Positions 20,879-31,122 of a stretch of DNA of 64,000 nucleotides are shown one piece after another. The stretch comes from a virus (Duplodnaviria > Heunggongvirae > Uroviricota > Caudoviricetes), in IMG/VR virus record IMGVR_UViG_2910649936_000002, positions 2,713 to 66,712 of that record. One strand, written 5' to 3'. The notes beneath the pieces are model-generated. The model had not been told where the DNA came from. It was given only the letters and a program-made list of their open reading frames with translations, and did not search any database. The translations under genes were made by a program, and so were the position numbers. Position 1 is the first letter of the stretch; each line of letters begins with the position of its first letter.

Positions 20879-21763
20879 TCAACTAAAAATATCATCTAAC
20901 ACTTCACTTACGTCATTATTCCCTTCTGCTGATACACTCGGTTTTATATTTTTTACGTTTATCGGCGTATTTTCTATGATTGTTTTTTCATATTCTAACG
21001 CACGTTGCTTTTCTTTCCATTCCAAAAAATCTTCATATTTATTAACGAGGATGGAAAGGTCATATACAACCCTTCCAACTTCGCTAAACTCCTTTCCCTT
21101 TGCGACTTGTTTCTGATAAAGTTTGGTTAGATATGGTAATTTTGTTCTCCACATTTCTAGCAAATGAACTGGTGGGATTTTAACAGATACATATTTCTTA
21201 GATTCGCCTTTATATAGTGGCTGGAGATAACGCATGTAGAAGACGCTTACATCCTGTAAGTTGTAATTCGCTCGAATAAGATTATTGACATCATATTCTG
21301 CAAATATAGTTGCGGCATATGATGTGAGAGAATCTCTCATTGTAGAAATCAATGAAGCAGAATTTCTTTTTTTCTTTAATGCTTCGCATATATTATCTCT
21401 GGCATTTTTACGATAAATTTCTATATTATCATGTGCATTCATCCACTTTTTAGATTTCTTTACAATTCCATCATCGCATAATTTTTTAAAACATTCGGCA
21501 CAGTAAAATCCATTCTGATAGCGCAGCATATTAATTTCTTCTTCATTCTGAAACGAAAAAATTTTATTGCAGTTTTTACATTTTTTATGTATCTGCTTCA
21601 TCCTAGAAAAGCATTCAAAATGATATACTTTATTATCAAACATAACTGCTTTATTGTTACTTCGATTTATACGCACATCTTCTTTACAGTAAGGACATAC
21701 GCGATTAAAATATTCAATTCCGTTATCATCAATTTGAATTTTCATTCCTATGCCCCACTTCAA
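20879..21763 (-). CDS. Zinc-ribbon-containing hypothetical protein
   Basis: CPYCKED...CKNCNK...CAECFKKLC multiple CxxC pairs. Confidence 0.35.
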   Translation of the reverse strand: MKWGIGMKIQIDDNGIEYFNRVCPYCKEDVRINRSNNKAVMFDNKVYHFECFSRMKQIHKKCKNCNKIFSFQNEEEINMLRYQNGFYCAECFKKLCDDGIVKKSKKWMNAHDNIEIYRKNARDNICEALKKKRNSASLISTMRDSLTSYAATIFAEYDVNNLIRANYNLQDVSVFYMRYLQPLYKGESKKYVSVKIPPVHLLEMWRTKLPYLTKLYQKQVAKGKEFSEVGRVVYDLSILVNKYEDFLEWKEKQRALEYEKTIIENTPINVKNIKPSVSAEGNNDVSEVLDDIFS

Positions 21764-21766
21764 TAA

Positions 21767-22936
21767 TTATTTATTTGCATTTATTAATTCCATGACCTGC
21801 TTCAAAACCTCTATGTCTGTCACATTTTTATATGATGTCGGTAATCCCGCTTTTTCAACTGCCGCTTTAATCTGTGCTTTTTTTGGTACGGGAAGGTCTT
21901 TTAGAGTTGAGATGATTTCGCTTCTTAATGCATCGGCAGAATCACTATCAACAGTATTATTTTCAGAGTTATCATCCTCTGCTGGCTGTCCAAGTTCGCC
22001 CATAATTTCTTTCTTGTAAATATCTTTCTCAACGTCAACAGCTTTAGTTAGATCATTCTTCAGTACAAAAGACTGATTCTTCGCTGTTTTATCAATAACC
22101 GCTTGATAATCAAGTAACGTCGGATCTTCCACAATTTCATTCTCTCCATGCACACCAGTTCTATCTTTCACGATATGAGCACATACCATGCCAGTTTCTG
22201 AGTCTCTGAATGTACGGATAACTGTTTTCGCGTTATAATCAATTCCTCTGAATCCATCTGGAATTTTACGACCTGTTTCTACAGATTCCCTTTTACCATC
22301 AATTAAACGATTTTCCGTTTCTGACTTTTCTCTAGCAGTTACAATACAATGAACACCAGAAGCCATTAAATCAAGAATAAGATCTTGTCCCTTAAAGTTT
22401 ACAGTCTGATAGTCTTTCAATTCTAGGCCGGCGCCTTCAACTTTCACAAGTTTGGCATCCCCAATCAGTCCATCTTTTTCCGCTTTTACTTTATTTCTCT
22501 TTTTTGAAAATTCAATCAATCCCTGTTTTGTAGTTAAATTCAAAATGGTTGTACCATCTACAACAATTGCATCTGCTCTGAATGGCTGTCCATCGGCGTC
22601 ACGTACAACCTCTTCTGTTTCATCTCCATCATCATCCAAAACATAAAAATCTTCATTATTTTTTACTTTTGCAATATATTGCCTTACTTCTCCCAATGAC
22701 TGTGTATATACAATATAAAGATTCTCCGGATCAACTCCATTCGCTTCCATGTCCGCTACATAATCATCAATTGAGCCGGATTCTGGATCAAGGTACAAAA
22801 CTCTAAATGGTTTCCCATCCGGTCTTTTAAAGTACACAAGCTGCGAAGCCAATGTACTTTTTCCGGTAAAGGGTTCTCCATAAAGAACCATCATTAATTT
22901 ACTCTGAATCGCTTTACCTTTTCTTGCTTTTGCCAT
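21767..22936 (-). CDS. AAA_24/RecA-like ATPase (Sak4-type recombination ATPase)
   Basis: Walker A YGEPFTGKST. Walker B region YVLDDDGD. Typical phage AAA_24 architecture next to an SSB-like gene. Confidence 0.6.
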   Translation of the reverse strand: MAKARKGKAIQSKLMMVLYGEPFTGKSTLASQLVYFKRPDGKPFRVLYLDPESGSIDDYVADMEANGVDPENLYIVYTQSLGEVRQYIAKVKNNEDFYVLDDDGDETEEVVRDADGQPFRADAIVVDGTTILNLTTKQGLIEFSKKRNKVKAEKDGLIGDAKLVKVEGAGLELKDYQTVNFKGQDLILDLMASGVHCIVTAREKSETENRLIDGKRESVETGRKIPDGFRGIDYNAKTVIRTFRDSETGMVCAHIVKDRTGVHGENEIVEDPTLLDYQAVIDKTAKNQSFVLKNDLTKAVDVEKDIYKKEIMGELGQPAEDDNSENNTVDSDSADALRSEIISTLKDLPVPKKAQIKAAVEKAGLPTSYKNVTDIEVLKQVMELINANK

Positions 22937-23005
22937 ATATTAATTTGTCTCCTTTTTGTTTTGTATTTTTAATTATTTAGTCCAAATCTGGTGAACCACC
23001 AAGGT

Positions 23006-24082
23006 TTACCAGGGAATATCTTCATCAATACCTTCATCACCATTTGGTACACTTCCCCAAGCACTAGAAGCTGAACTCTCATTTGTAGATGAACCAAAGT
23101 CATCCTTCGCAGCCTGTGCTTTCTGTACCTTTAGCTTCGCTTCTGCAATACTAATTTCAGAGTATGTATCTTTGTCAATAGAACTAGGGTCAGCACCAGT
23201 AATGATAAATTCACGTTTTACTGGAGTTCCTTGTCTCTCCATTTTATTTGATTCACCCCAAACATTATCTGTCTGCACTTCTTCGACCTGTTCTGTCATC
23301 ACAATATTTCCCCACACTTTGATTGCAAAATACGGTGATAAATTCTTTTTCATTATCTTTGCTAGATTAGAATCTGTTACAATAAACTCTGCATCTTCAA
23401 TACTTGCATAGTTAATAATGTTCGCATTTACAACAAATCTGCCAGTTGGCTTGTCATCTTCTTTCTCTTGTTCTATGGAATCAAATACAATAACCTGACT
23501 AAATTCATGTCTGGGTTCAAAATCTTCTTTGGAAAAATCTAATGCTGATTTGCATAGAGAAACCTGATTCGGTACGAGTTTTACACTATTTCTTCTTTCA
23601 CCTTCATCATTAGTGAAACTACTATATTCAATGTTACCTTTAATAAATACGCTATCATCATCTTTTAGATTATCTGTTATAGCCTTGATAGAATCGAAAT
23701 CTGTAAGTCTCTGCCTTACATTCTCCATATCTCCTTTACTGTTGACTGCCTTTGTAACTCCAATATTATTACCAATAAGTTGAAAACCATCTTCTTTAAA
23801 ATTAAATCTTTCAGCCCAAGGAACCTTCTTTATTTCCGCTTTTTCTCCCTTAGTAGCACCAGGTTTACTGAAGTAAACATTATCCTGTGTCATCCCCTGC
23901 ATACTTACATACATTGTTTTTTTGTCTTCATACGTGACTCCAAATGATGTACGTCTCATTAACTTTCCTGTTTTTGTCGTGGATTCTTTATAAAAATTAT
24001 CCTTATCATGACCAGTAATCTTACCTCTAAGTTGAAAAGTTCCTTTTGTTTCCGGCAGATTAAAAATTCTTTCTTTTGCCAT
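23006..24082 (-). CDS. Single-strand DNA-binding protein-like (long form) with acidic C-terminal tail
   Basis: The C-terminus ...GDEGIDEDIPW mimics the SSB DDDIPF protein-interaction tail. Located in the replication/recombination module. Confidence 0.5.
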   Translation of the reverse strand: MAKERIFNLPETKGTFQLRGKITGHDKDNFYKESTTKTGKLMRRTSFGVTYEDKKTMYVSMQGMTQDNVYFSKPGATKGEKAEIKKVPWAERFNFKEDGFQLIGNNIGVTKAVNSKGDMENVRQRLTDFDSIKAITDNLKDDDSVFIKGNIEYSSFTNDEGERRNSVKLVPNQVSLCKSALDFSKEDFEPRHEFSQVIVFDSIEQEKEDDKPTGRFVVNANIINYASIEDAEFIVTDSNLAKIMKKNLSPYFAIKVWGNIVMTEQVEEVQTDNVWGESNKMERQGTPVKREFIITGADPSSIDKDTYSEISIAEAKLKVQKAQAAKDDFGSSTNESSASSAWGSVPNGDEGIDEDIPW

Positions 24083-24365
24083 ATAATATCCTCCAAATGG
24101 TATTTTTTTCTATATAAACGCCCATACAGACGGAACATAGAAGAACTCTATACGATCAACTATGTCAACAGCTTTTAGGGTACAAAAATCCAAGGTAGCT
24201 GATTTCACCTACAAAAAAGTAAAATTATTCAATTGATTAAATTGGGAAATAAATTATTGAAAATAGATTATTAAGACGGTGACATACTCCCACTGCCTAT
24301 GCTGTGCATAGAGGTGGGTTCTTGCCTAAAAAGGTTAAAGACGTTTTAAATTATTTTTTGAACTC

Positions 24366-24737
24366 TTATTTGTTATCTAAATCTTTTCTATATCTTACAC
24401 TTAATATGTTACATATATTTTGTACTTCGCTTTTATTATTCTCTAAATACTCCATGATTTTTTGAATCAGCTCAATTTCTTCTTTGTCAATTCCAATTGC
24501 TGTGTCATTTGACATACTTTCTATATATTCATCATGGGGTATATGACAACATTCATACAGGGTATCGTACTTGACTGGTATCACATACTTTTCTTCATAT
24601 GTTTCATCTGGGTCATCATCCAAATATACAGTCACACCCGATGTATCTATAGTAATTTTTACATTATGCCGTTTATTATTTTTGATAATGTCAATCAAAT
24701 CATTAATAATATTCAGAGTATTCACCTCCCTGTGCAT
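24366..24737 (-). CDS. Hypothetical protein
   Basis: 123-aa ORF. Confidence 0.35.
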   Translation of the reverse strand: MHREVNTLNIINDLIDIIKNNKRHNVKITIDTSGVTVYLDDDPDETYEEKYVIPVKYDTLYECCHIPHDEYIESMSNDTAIGIDKEEIELIQKIMEYLENNKSEVQNICNILSVRYRKDLDNK

Positions 24738-24754
24738 TATAATATCTGACTGGT

Positions 24755-24892
24755 TTATTTCTTAGAGTTAGAAAAACCATTCGAAAAAAGGTAAAAAAAA
24801 CAGACTTTTGTCAATATTTCCCATAAAAACCATAAATCGTTGCGCAAATTCCATTCCTCATTATTAGTTGTCTTATCCTCATCCACCGTCAC
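24755..24892 (-). CDS. Possible small ORF (45 aa, GTG start)
   Basis: GAGGAGGAG followed 6 nt later by GTG. Encodes VTVDEDKTTNNEEWNLRNDLWFLWEIL... Not in the ORF table because it is under 60 aa. Confidence 0.25.
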   Translation of the reverse strand: MTVDEDKTTNNEEWNLRNDLWFLWEILTKVCFFYLFSNGFSNSKK

Positions 24893-24951
24893 ACTATCTC
24901 CTCCTCTTGAAACAAATAATCTTGTGACTTGTGAGGAAAATTATATAATCG

Positions 24952-25197
24952 TCAGCCTTTCATTGTAGCATTCTTCCTGTAAGCTTCTCGTATGATCTCA
25001 CATGCTTCATCCAAATTTTCTAATGTCATTCGATTTTCAATCATACATTGTAAAATGATATTACTTAAAGTTGCCTTCTGTTCTTCTCTTGAAACACTGT
25101 CCAAGTCTTTTGCGTCCATTATTTTACATCCCCTATTTATTTCATCATTTAAATATAATTTTCTTTTTTCATTCAATATCTTCAAACTCCTCCACAT
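24952..25197 (-). CDS. Hypothetical protein
   Basis: 81-aa ORF. Confidence 0.3.
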   Translation of the reverse strand: MWRSLKILNEKRKLYLNDEINRGCKIMDAKDLDSVSREEQKATLSNIILQCMIENRMTLENLDEACEIIREAYRKNATMKG

Positions 25198-25366
25198 TCC
25201 ATGCCCAAAACAAATTATCCTCTTTTATTTTCACCTTTTTTCCGTAACACATAGCAATTGTAACAATCTTCCCCATCCACTCATGTGTTCTTCCTGACAT
25301 CATCCAGTGACGTGGAAGTTCATTATAGTCTTTTATTTTCACCATTTTCCCTGGATATAATTCCAT
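25169..25366 (-). CDS. Hypothetical protein
   Basis: 65-aa ORF. Confidence 0.25.
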   Translation of the reverse strand: MELYPGKMVKIKDYNELPRHWMMSGRTHEWMGKIVTIAMCYGKKVKIKEDNLFWAWNVEEFEDIE

Positions 25367-25385
25367 TCATATTCTCCTATATTAA

Positions 25386-25667
25386 TTATTCTCCAACCAA
25401 AATCCATAATTTTCTTTTCTTTGATACCTTAATACCATCAATAAAATCAAAATTATCGAAACTAACCATGAGCTCGGGTTTATTTCTTCTAATTTCACTT
25501 ATTGACGGATAAACACTAATGTTAACTAATATTCTTGGAAGAAATCGTTCTTCAGTATAATATGTTTTATCACATTCCATTCTTATCCAATCAGTAGTTC
25601 CAGTAGAAAACATTTCTTCAGGCGAAACTAATGGTTTTCCAATAACAATATTTTCTATGTATCTCAT
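25386..25667 (-). CDS. Hypothetical protein
   Basis: 93-aa ORF with an upstream AAGGAGTGG RBS. Confidence 0.35.
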   Translation of the reverse strand: MRYIENIVIGKPLVSPEEMFSTGTTDWIRMECDKTYYTEERFLPRILVNISVYPSISEIRRNKPELMVSFDNFDFIDGIKVSKKRKLWILVGE

Positions 25668-26172
25668 AATGCCACTCCTTAATCTGAATAATTTTCGATT
25701 ACTGTTATTCCGTGTTCAGTAGCACACATATGCTCAATCTTGCACCCGCGTTCTTCATTTCATCCCTGAACGAAATAAGCTATATCGGCAGTAGATAACA
25801 GTTCCAAAGACCTTCCAAAAAACCAAAGTGGTCTTGCACCCGCTGGGGCATTTTGAAAGAAAGAATCTATAACTTCTATTTCTTAATTTTTGCCAATATA
25901 CTCCCTTGCTTTTTCGATAGCGCACTCTCTTACTTTAAGAATTTCTTCATCCGTTTTATCTTTCATAGGCTGTGAAATAAATAATTTTTTCATCCAACCC
26001 TCCTTATTTACTATCCGTTTTAAAATTTCGTCCTGCTGTTTTCTTGATAATATTTTCATATATTAACCTCAAAACAATTCATCAAGTTCGCATATAATTT
26101 CATCTTTATCATTCAACAAATGTAAGTGCACATCAATCGGATATTGTGCTGACATTCTACACAAATCATTGT

Positions 26173-26391
26173 TTACTTTATTCTATCTTTCAATTTCAAT
26201 TCCTCCATACCATTTAAAAATCTTTTTTTCAATGATTCGGCATAATGCGTTGAATATTTTTTTGCTTCCCCAACAATAAATGCTTCTGTCTTATCATAAG
26301 GACTCCTCAAATCAGTCAGGCTTCTATCATATATCTCACACTTAGCCTGATAAAAACATACCATTTTTTTCATATACTGATTCCACTTCAC
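26173..26391 (-). CDS. Hypothetical protein
   Basis: 72-aa ORF. Confidence 0.3.
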   Translation of the reverse strand: MKWNQYMKKMVCFYQAKCEIYDRSLTDLRSPYDKTEAFIVGEAKKYSTHYAESLKKRFLNGMEELKLKDRIK

Positions 26392-26436
26392 CTTTCTGAT
26401 AAGGGATGCCTAAATACCTGCTCATAAATTCGCAAT

Positions 26437-26694
26437 TCATACATTCACCTCAAAAATCTCTCTGCAATTTGAACCTTTGCACTGATATGGCAATCGTGAA
26501 ATTTTAGTATATTCCTCAACAGGGAAGTTCTTCTTCCCGCAATACGGACAATGAACCCACTGTTTACCCGTCTTATAATCCATCTGTATGTACGCATGTC
26601 CGTTGTTGGGTAACGGTGCGTTCATATATTCCGAAAAGTCTTTTTCTAATCCCATGTACTTCTCCATGTCTTTAATTGCGTCTGTGATACTCAT
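26437..26694 (-). CDS. Hypothetical Zn-ribbon protein
   Basis: CPYCGKK....C...C pattern. Confidence 0.3.
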   Translation of the reverse strand: MSITDAIKDMEKYMGLEKDFSEYMNAPLPNNGHAYIQMDYKTGKQWVHCPYCGKKNFPVEEYTKISRLPYQCKGSNCREIFEVNV

Positions 26695-26888
26695 TCTATT
26701 TCTTCTTTAATTCTATCCTTTAAATTTTCTACAATTCTCTCACATTGTTGCCTGTGTACGCACCGGATAATATTAGTATATCGTAGGGGAGCACTAAGCA
26801 CCGATGTACAGTCAACTTGTTCTATTTCTGGTTTAAAACTCGGACAGTAATCGCAGTAGTCTTCAAGATATAACTTGTATCCTTTCAC
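26691..26888 (-). CDS. Hypothetical Cys-rich protein
   Basis: 65-aa ORF overlapping the upstream stop. Confidence 0.3.
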   Translation of the reverse strand: MKGYKLYLEDYCDYCPSFKPEIEQVDCTSVLSAPLRYTNIIRCVHRQQCERIVENLKDRIKEEIE

Positions 26889-26897
26889 TTTTTCTTT

Positions 26898-27125
26898 TCA
26901 CTCCTCGAAGTTATCATTTAAAAAATTCTGTATATACTCATAATCCCATCCACCAGAGTCATTAATATTCGTATCGTCCTTTAATAATTCCCACGCTTCT
27001 TCTTTGGTATCAGCTTCACCAATAAGCCAGTCATAATCTCCGCATGTTTCGCAGTGACATTCCTCAACGTCTAATTCTTGATCAGATGTAAATAATCCGC
27101 CCATATGCGATTCGTAAATATACAT
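26898..27125 (-). CDS. Hypothetical acidic protein
   Basis: 75 aa, CHCETCGD motif. Confidence 0.3.
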   Translation of the reverse strand: MYIYESHMGGLFTSDQELDVEECHCETCGDYDWLIGEADTKEEAWELLKDDTNINDSGGWDYEYIQNFLNDNFEE

Positions 27126-27151
27126 TATTTTTCTCCTATAAAATCTCAGTT

Positions 27152-27346
27152 TTAATTAAATATCCAATATGCTGCAAGCAAGCCCAACGAATAAATGCCC
27201 AGTACAATAGCCAGTACAATAGTCTGTGTTATTAAAAAATGAACAACTCCTTGATCTATAATTGTCAAAGCACAACAAACAATAAACCAGATTAATAAAA
27301 GTACCAATATAGTCCAATCAAGAACTTTTTTAATTTTCTTATTCAT
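27152..27346 (-). CDS. Small membrane protein
   Basis: Two predicted TM helices (ILVLLLIWFIVCCALTII, IVLAIVLGIYSLGLLAAYWIF). Confidence 0.35.
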   Translation of the reverse strand: MNKKIKKVLDWTILVLLLIWFIVCCALTIIDQGVVHFLITQTIVLAIVLGIYSLGLLAAYWIFN

Positions 27347-27371
27347 TTTCGACTCCTTATCGTATTGTGTT

Positions 27372-28400
27372 TTAGGTTTCTTCCTTCACTACTCTTTCAT
27401 TTACGCTCATTACAAACTCATTGATTTTATTATAATCAGGCTTATCAGGCAATGATGTATTTTCTTTATCGTATTCTAATCGCTTTTCAAGTTTGCCTAC
27501 CATTTCAAAGAACTCAGGAATCGGCTGTCGATTACTGTCCAAATACTTCCCGTTACGAATACCCATCAAAAGATCGTGTTCTTTTTCACGATAAGTAATA
27601 ATCTGTTCTTTTTCGAGAATATCAAAGCACATATAATACAAACGAACTAAGTGCATCATATGCTTTCCTAATTTATTCTTCTCTATCGCATTCTTATTTC
27701 TTTTGCCAATCTTAGAATAATCTTTTACAATATTATTCATTTCTGACCACATGGACTTGTAATCTCGTAATGGATAATGATGCAGATTCACATCCATAAA
27801 AATTTCTGTATCATATTCTTCCTGGTTAGACTTATCAATATAAAGTTTGATACTGTCTTCAGGGAACGAAGAATATCTTTCCGGAAACGTATAATAAGCA
27901 TTATTGATACTATTCAAGATATGCTGCTCTCTCTGCTCTTGATTTACCAGACGAACAACTTTATTGTCCAGACGTCGCAATTGTTGATTGGCATACCCAC
28001 CAAAAGAGCAAACAGCTTTCTTGGATAAAAACATATGTGCATTATCAAGCAATTCTTTTCCAATGCCTGATACGGATAAATAGTGATCTGGTCTTAATCC
28101 AAGCAATTCAATTGTATTTGGGTTTACATTAATAAGAAGAGAGATAAGTTTATTGAATGAATAGATAGTCGTATCTGTTGCTTCATTTACAAATTGCTCA
28201 AAATTCTCATTTGTAAGTAATTCACGCTTGCTATTTAAAGCGCATCCACGGATATCTAAATCACTACTCTCAGTGTTTGTCCCATACGCATGACTTCCGC
28301 CAAGACCTAGTAGAATAATATTATTTCCGAGATGTCTGTCTTCTCTTAGAAAATCATAATCTGATTTTGCTACAGTTTCATAAATCTGTTTAATATTCAT
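27372..28400 (-). CDS. Pol-beta-superfamily nucleotidyltransferase (KNTase/CD-NTase-like fold)
   Basis: LGLGGSHAYGTNTESSDLDIRG matches the G[GS]-x9-13-DxD nucleotidyltransferase signature. Confidence 0.5.
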   Translation of the reverse strand: MNIKQIYETVAKSDYDFLREDRHLGNNIILLGLGGSHAYGTNTESSDLDIRGCALNSKRELLTNENFEQFVNEATDTTIYSFNKLISLLINVNPNTIELLGLRPDHYLSVSGIGKELLDNAHMFLSKKAVCSFGGYANQQLRRLDNKVVRLVNQEQREQHILNSINNAYYTFPERYSSFPEDSIKLYIDKSNQEEYDTEIFMDVNLHHYPLRDYKSMWSEMNNIVKDYSKIGKRNKNAIEKNKLGKHMMHLVRLYYMCFDILEKEQIITYREKEHDLLMGIRNGKYLDSNRQPIPEFFEMVGKLEKRLEYDKENTSLPDKPDYNKINEFVMSVNERVVKEET

Positions 28401-28422
28401 AAAAACACATCTTTCTTAAAAA

Positions 28423-29052
28423 TCATTCCTTAACATAATAATCATAATCTATATTACTTATAAAATCTTTAATTCCCCCATTTTCTATAACAACAAATTC
28501 TGTTGCAAATTCTGAAAAGTCTTTCAAACTGCTCGGTTCATATTCGTCCGTTTCTTCGTTGTATGTTTCAAACCATCTTTCTACACCATCATCAACAGAC
28601 GTATTTTTGAAGATAAAATAGGGATATGCGTTTTCGTCAATGGAACGAATCGTATCAGATATTTCTGTAAATCTTTCGATAATATGCTCTCGTTCCAAAG
28701 CGCCTACATTATCTTCTTTGTCTTTGAGATACTCTTTATGCGTTTTGGCAAATTCCAAAATACTATCGGCTATACACTCTTTGTCTTTTGTAAAATACAC
28801 GCATTGATTTGACATTTCCCAACAAATTCGCTCGCATGTATTGTCTGAATGATTCATCAAATCGTTGATTTGTTCCCATACATTATTGCCATCAGATCCA
28901 ATAATAGACTGTATATATCCGAATTTTTTTGGGAGATATTTATCAGATAAAACATCCCATATGATAGGAGAAAACAACCATGAATTTTTAAATTCTGCCA
29001 GCACTTCTCCGTAAAATTTTTTATCCATTACCCACAAACTGCTATAACTCAT
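28423..29052 (-). CDS. Hypothetical protein
   Basis: 209-aa ORF between two NTase-fold genes. Confidence 0.35.
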   Translation of the reverse strand: MSYSSLWVMDKKFYGEVLAEFKNSWLFSPIIWDVLSDKYLPKKFGYIQSIIGSDGNNVWEQINDLMNHSDNTCERICWEMSNQCVYFTKDKECIADSILEFAKTHKEYLKDKEDNVGALEREHIIERFTEISDTIRSIDENAYPYFIFKNTSVDDGVERWFETYNEETDEYEPSSLKDFSEFATEFVVIENGGIKDFISNIDYDYYVKE

Positions 29053-29115
29053 ACTTCCTCCACTTTCCCATCAATCTTTTCACACCGTATCAAACTGAAC
29101 AGTGTATTCCTTCTC

Positions 29116-29820
29116 TTAATCCATTCCATCGTAAAGGCTTTCCGATAATTCAACTTGCCTATCATCAAGCTTTCTTATCGCCTTGATTATCTTCATCTTT
29201 GTTTCTCGACATGGAAAATACCCGTACTTCGCATACCTTAACATTCTTTCAAATGTACTCATTGGATATGGAATTTCATTGTCCGTGACAAGTCTCTTTA
29301 AATGTAAATGCTCAAAAAACTTGTCATCGTACATGACTCTGTATTCAATATGTGTCTCTGGCTTTTCTTCGTCGCCTACAGATTCGATTGCAAACGGTTC
29401 ATGCTCAACTTCTGCGCCAGTTTCATCTTCAACCTCTGCCTTATAGTAAGCAAATTTCGTAATAGTAAAATCAAACTGATTTAAAATTTCTTCTGCCGCC
29501 CCAAAAATCTTGCAACACAGTTCAATCCTAACTCCTGTTTTTTTATGTTTATAAGCCTTTACATTGTCATTTTCATAGCAAAAAATGTATTCCTCGTCTC
29601 CTTTATCGTCGCCCTCATAACCAGGAGTCATAGAGTCGAAATACTGAACCGCTTCGTCATAATCCGATCGACTTTTAAAGAAAATATCTAAATCCTTAAT
29701 TTTTTCCTTATTAAATATGTTCTTAAAACAGCCTCCACAAATAAATCCATGGTGTCCTATCATAAATTCATCAAGCCAATTCAGCATCCAGAAATTATCT
29801 CTTTCTTGAGTAACTAGCAT
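29116..29820 (-). CDS. Minimal nucleotidyltransferase resembling the head domain of CCA-adding enzyme/poly(A) polymerase
   Basis: ICGGCFKNIFNKEKIKDLDIFFKS aligns with the tRNA-NT head motif GGxVRDxLLGxxxxDxDxxT. Confidence 0.4.
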   Translation of the reverse strand: MLVTQERDNFWMLNWLDEFMIGHHGFICGGCFKNIFNKEKIKDLDIFFKSRSDYDEAVQYFDSMTPGYEGDDKGDEEYIFCYENDNVKAYKHKKTGVRIELCCKIFGAAEEILNQFDFTITKFAYYKAEVEDETGAEVEHEPFAIESVGDEEKPETHIEYRVMYDDKFFEHLHLKRLVTDNEIPYPMSTFERMLRYAKYGYFPCRETKMKIIKAIRKLDDRQVELSESLYDGMD

Positions 29821-29828
29821 ATCTCTCC

Positions 29829-30080
29829 TTATCCAATCACTATTTTATGTTTTCCGTCACTATTTCTATATATCTTACACCCACATTCTTTAATACTTAC
29901 AACTTGTTTGTTATACTCAATAATCTGATTTGGATTTACTACATAAATCTTCCACATTTTATCCAATGTATTTTCAAACTCTTTTTTACGTATAGCTATA
30001 TCCATCTTTCTTTGATCCTTTGCCCTATAAGATGAATCATATGCCTTAAACATATCATTTAAAAAATCGTTGTTTACCAT
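29829..30080 (-). CDS. Hypothetical protein
   Basis: 83-aa ORF. Confidence 0.3.
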   Translation of the reverse strand: MVNNDFLNDMFKAYDSSYRAKDQRKMDIAIRKKEFENTLDKMWKIYVVNPNQIIEYNKQVVSIKECGCKIYRNSDGKHKIVIG

Positions 30081-30242
30081 ATAATTTCTCCATTTAAATG
30101 AAAGTTTTACTCATCACGATAACTGTACAAAATAAAATAGAAACATACGCAATCATTCCCAAAACTGCACCTAAAGATATGCATTATATTTTTACTAAAA
30201 CGTTTCTAAATCTTTTCAATCCACCTATACGATTCTCTATAT

Positions 30243-30800
30243 TTATATTTCATTTCCCCAGCAATCCCAGCCTTCCGCCTGCTGCCGGGCGAACAATTCC
30301 AGCTTTTCCGACCCTGGAAACATTTTCTCCAACATCATCCTCGCTACAACGGGCTTACGACTATGCATAGTACTTTGTTCCCTGAATACCGTTGTCCACA
30401 CGCCACGTTGGTCTCTGGCGGGCATTAGCATATTTCCTTTTTTATAAAACCAAAGTAAATACTCATGCGAAAACCGAACTGTAAACGCAGGCGCAATCCC
30501 ATTTTCTTTGTCCCATATCATGCGTGCATGGAGCGTGTAGCCTAATTCCTGCATCATCTGTTCGGTTTCGAGAAGGTACTTGTCAATCGACCATATAAAT
30601 ACATTATGTTTCTTCTCGCATGCCAGATTAAATACCTTCTCGTGGATGTCTTTTATCTCTCCTAGCGTCATTGTGGGATAATCCAGCTTTTTCCCTTGAT
30701 TTGGTCGGCATTTTCTAAGATTTCCTTTTGATTGTTGCCACGGCGGGTCGGTGTAAATTATGTTATACTTTTTGTTCGCGTTAAAAATATCTACTTTCAT
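30243..30800 (-). CDS. MT-A70-family DNA N6-adenine methyltransferase
   Basis: Motif IV IIYTDPPWQ. SRKP and ELFAR blocks characteristic of MT-A70. The gene is conspicuously GC-richer than its surroundings. Confidence 0.8.
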   Translation of the reverse strand: MKVDIFNANKKYNIIYTDPPWQQSKGNLRKCRPNQGKKLDYPTMTLGEIKDIHEKVFNLACEKKHNVFIWSIDKYLLETEQMMQELGYTLHARMIWDKENGIAPAFTVRFSHEYLLWFYKKGNMLMPARDQRGVWTTVFREQSTMHSRKPVVARMMLEKMFPGSEKLELFARQQAEGWDCWGNEI

Positions 30801-31122
30801 TTTCTATTTTGGAGTAAACTATAGTTTTAAGCGCGCGCAAACCTCTTTTTTCCTCCAAATTTTATTCACAATTATTACTTCTCACTTATATGAATAAGAC
30901 TACTCAATTTAACATGATATGTTCATGAAACCATTAGAATTTGACATAACATCAGTATGATACTCTACCTGAATATTACTTCATTCTATTATCCTCTTCT
31001 TTATACTACAAGTTTGTATTATTATCTTCTCTTTTGTCCGACCTATTAAAACAAATAACATCTCCAGTCTGTCTGTCCGTAATAATAACAGCGTCTGCTT
31101 TATCTCTTATATAAGATATGTT

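Noticed and set aside
24289-24318. Imperfect hairpin cccactgcctatgctgtgcatagaggtggg considered as a terminator
   Set aside because: It is not followed by a T-run on either strand. It is possibly an operator or RNA structure, but there is no support for termination.
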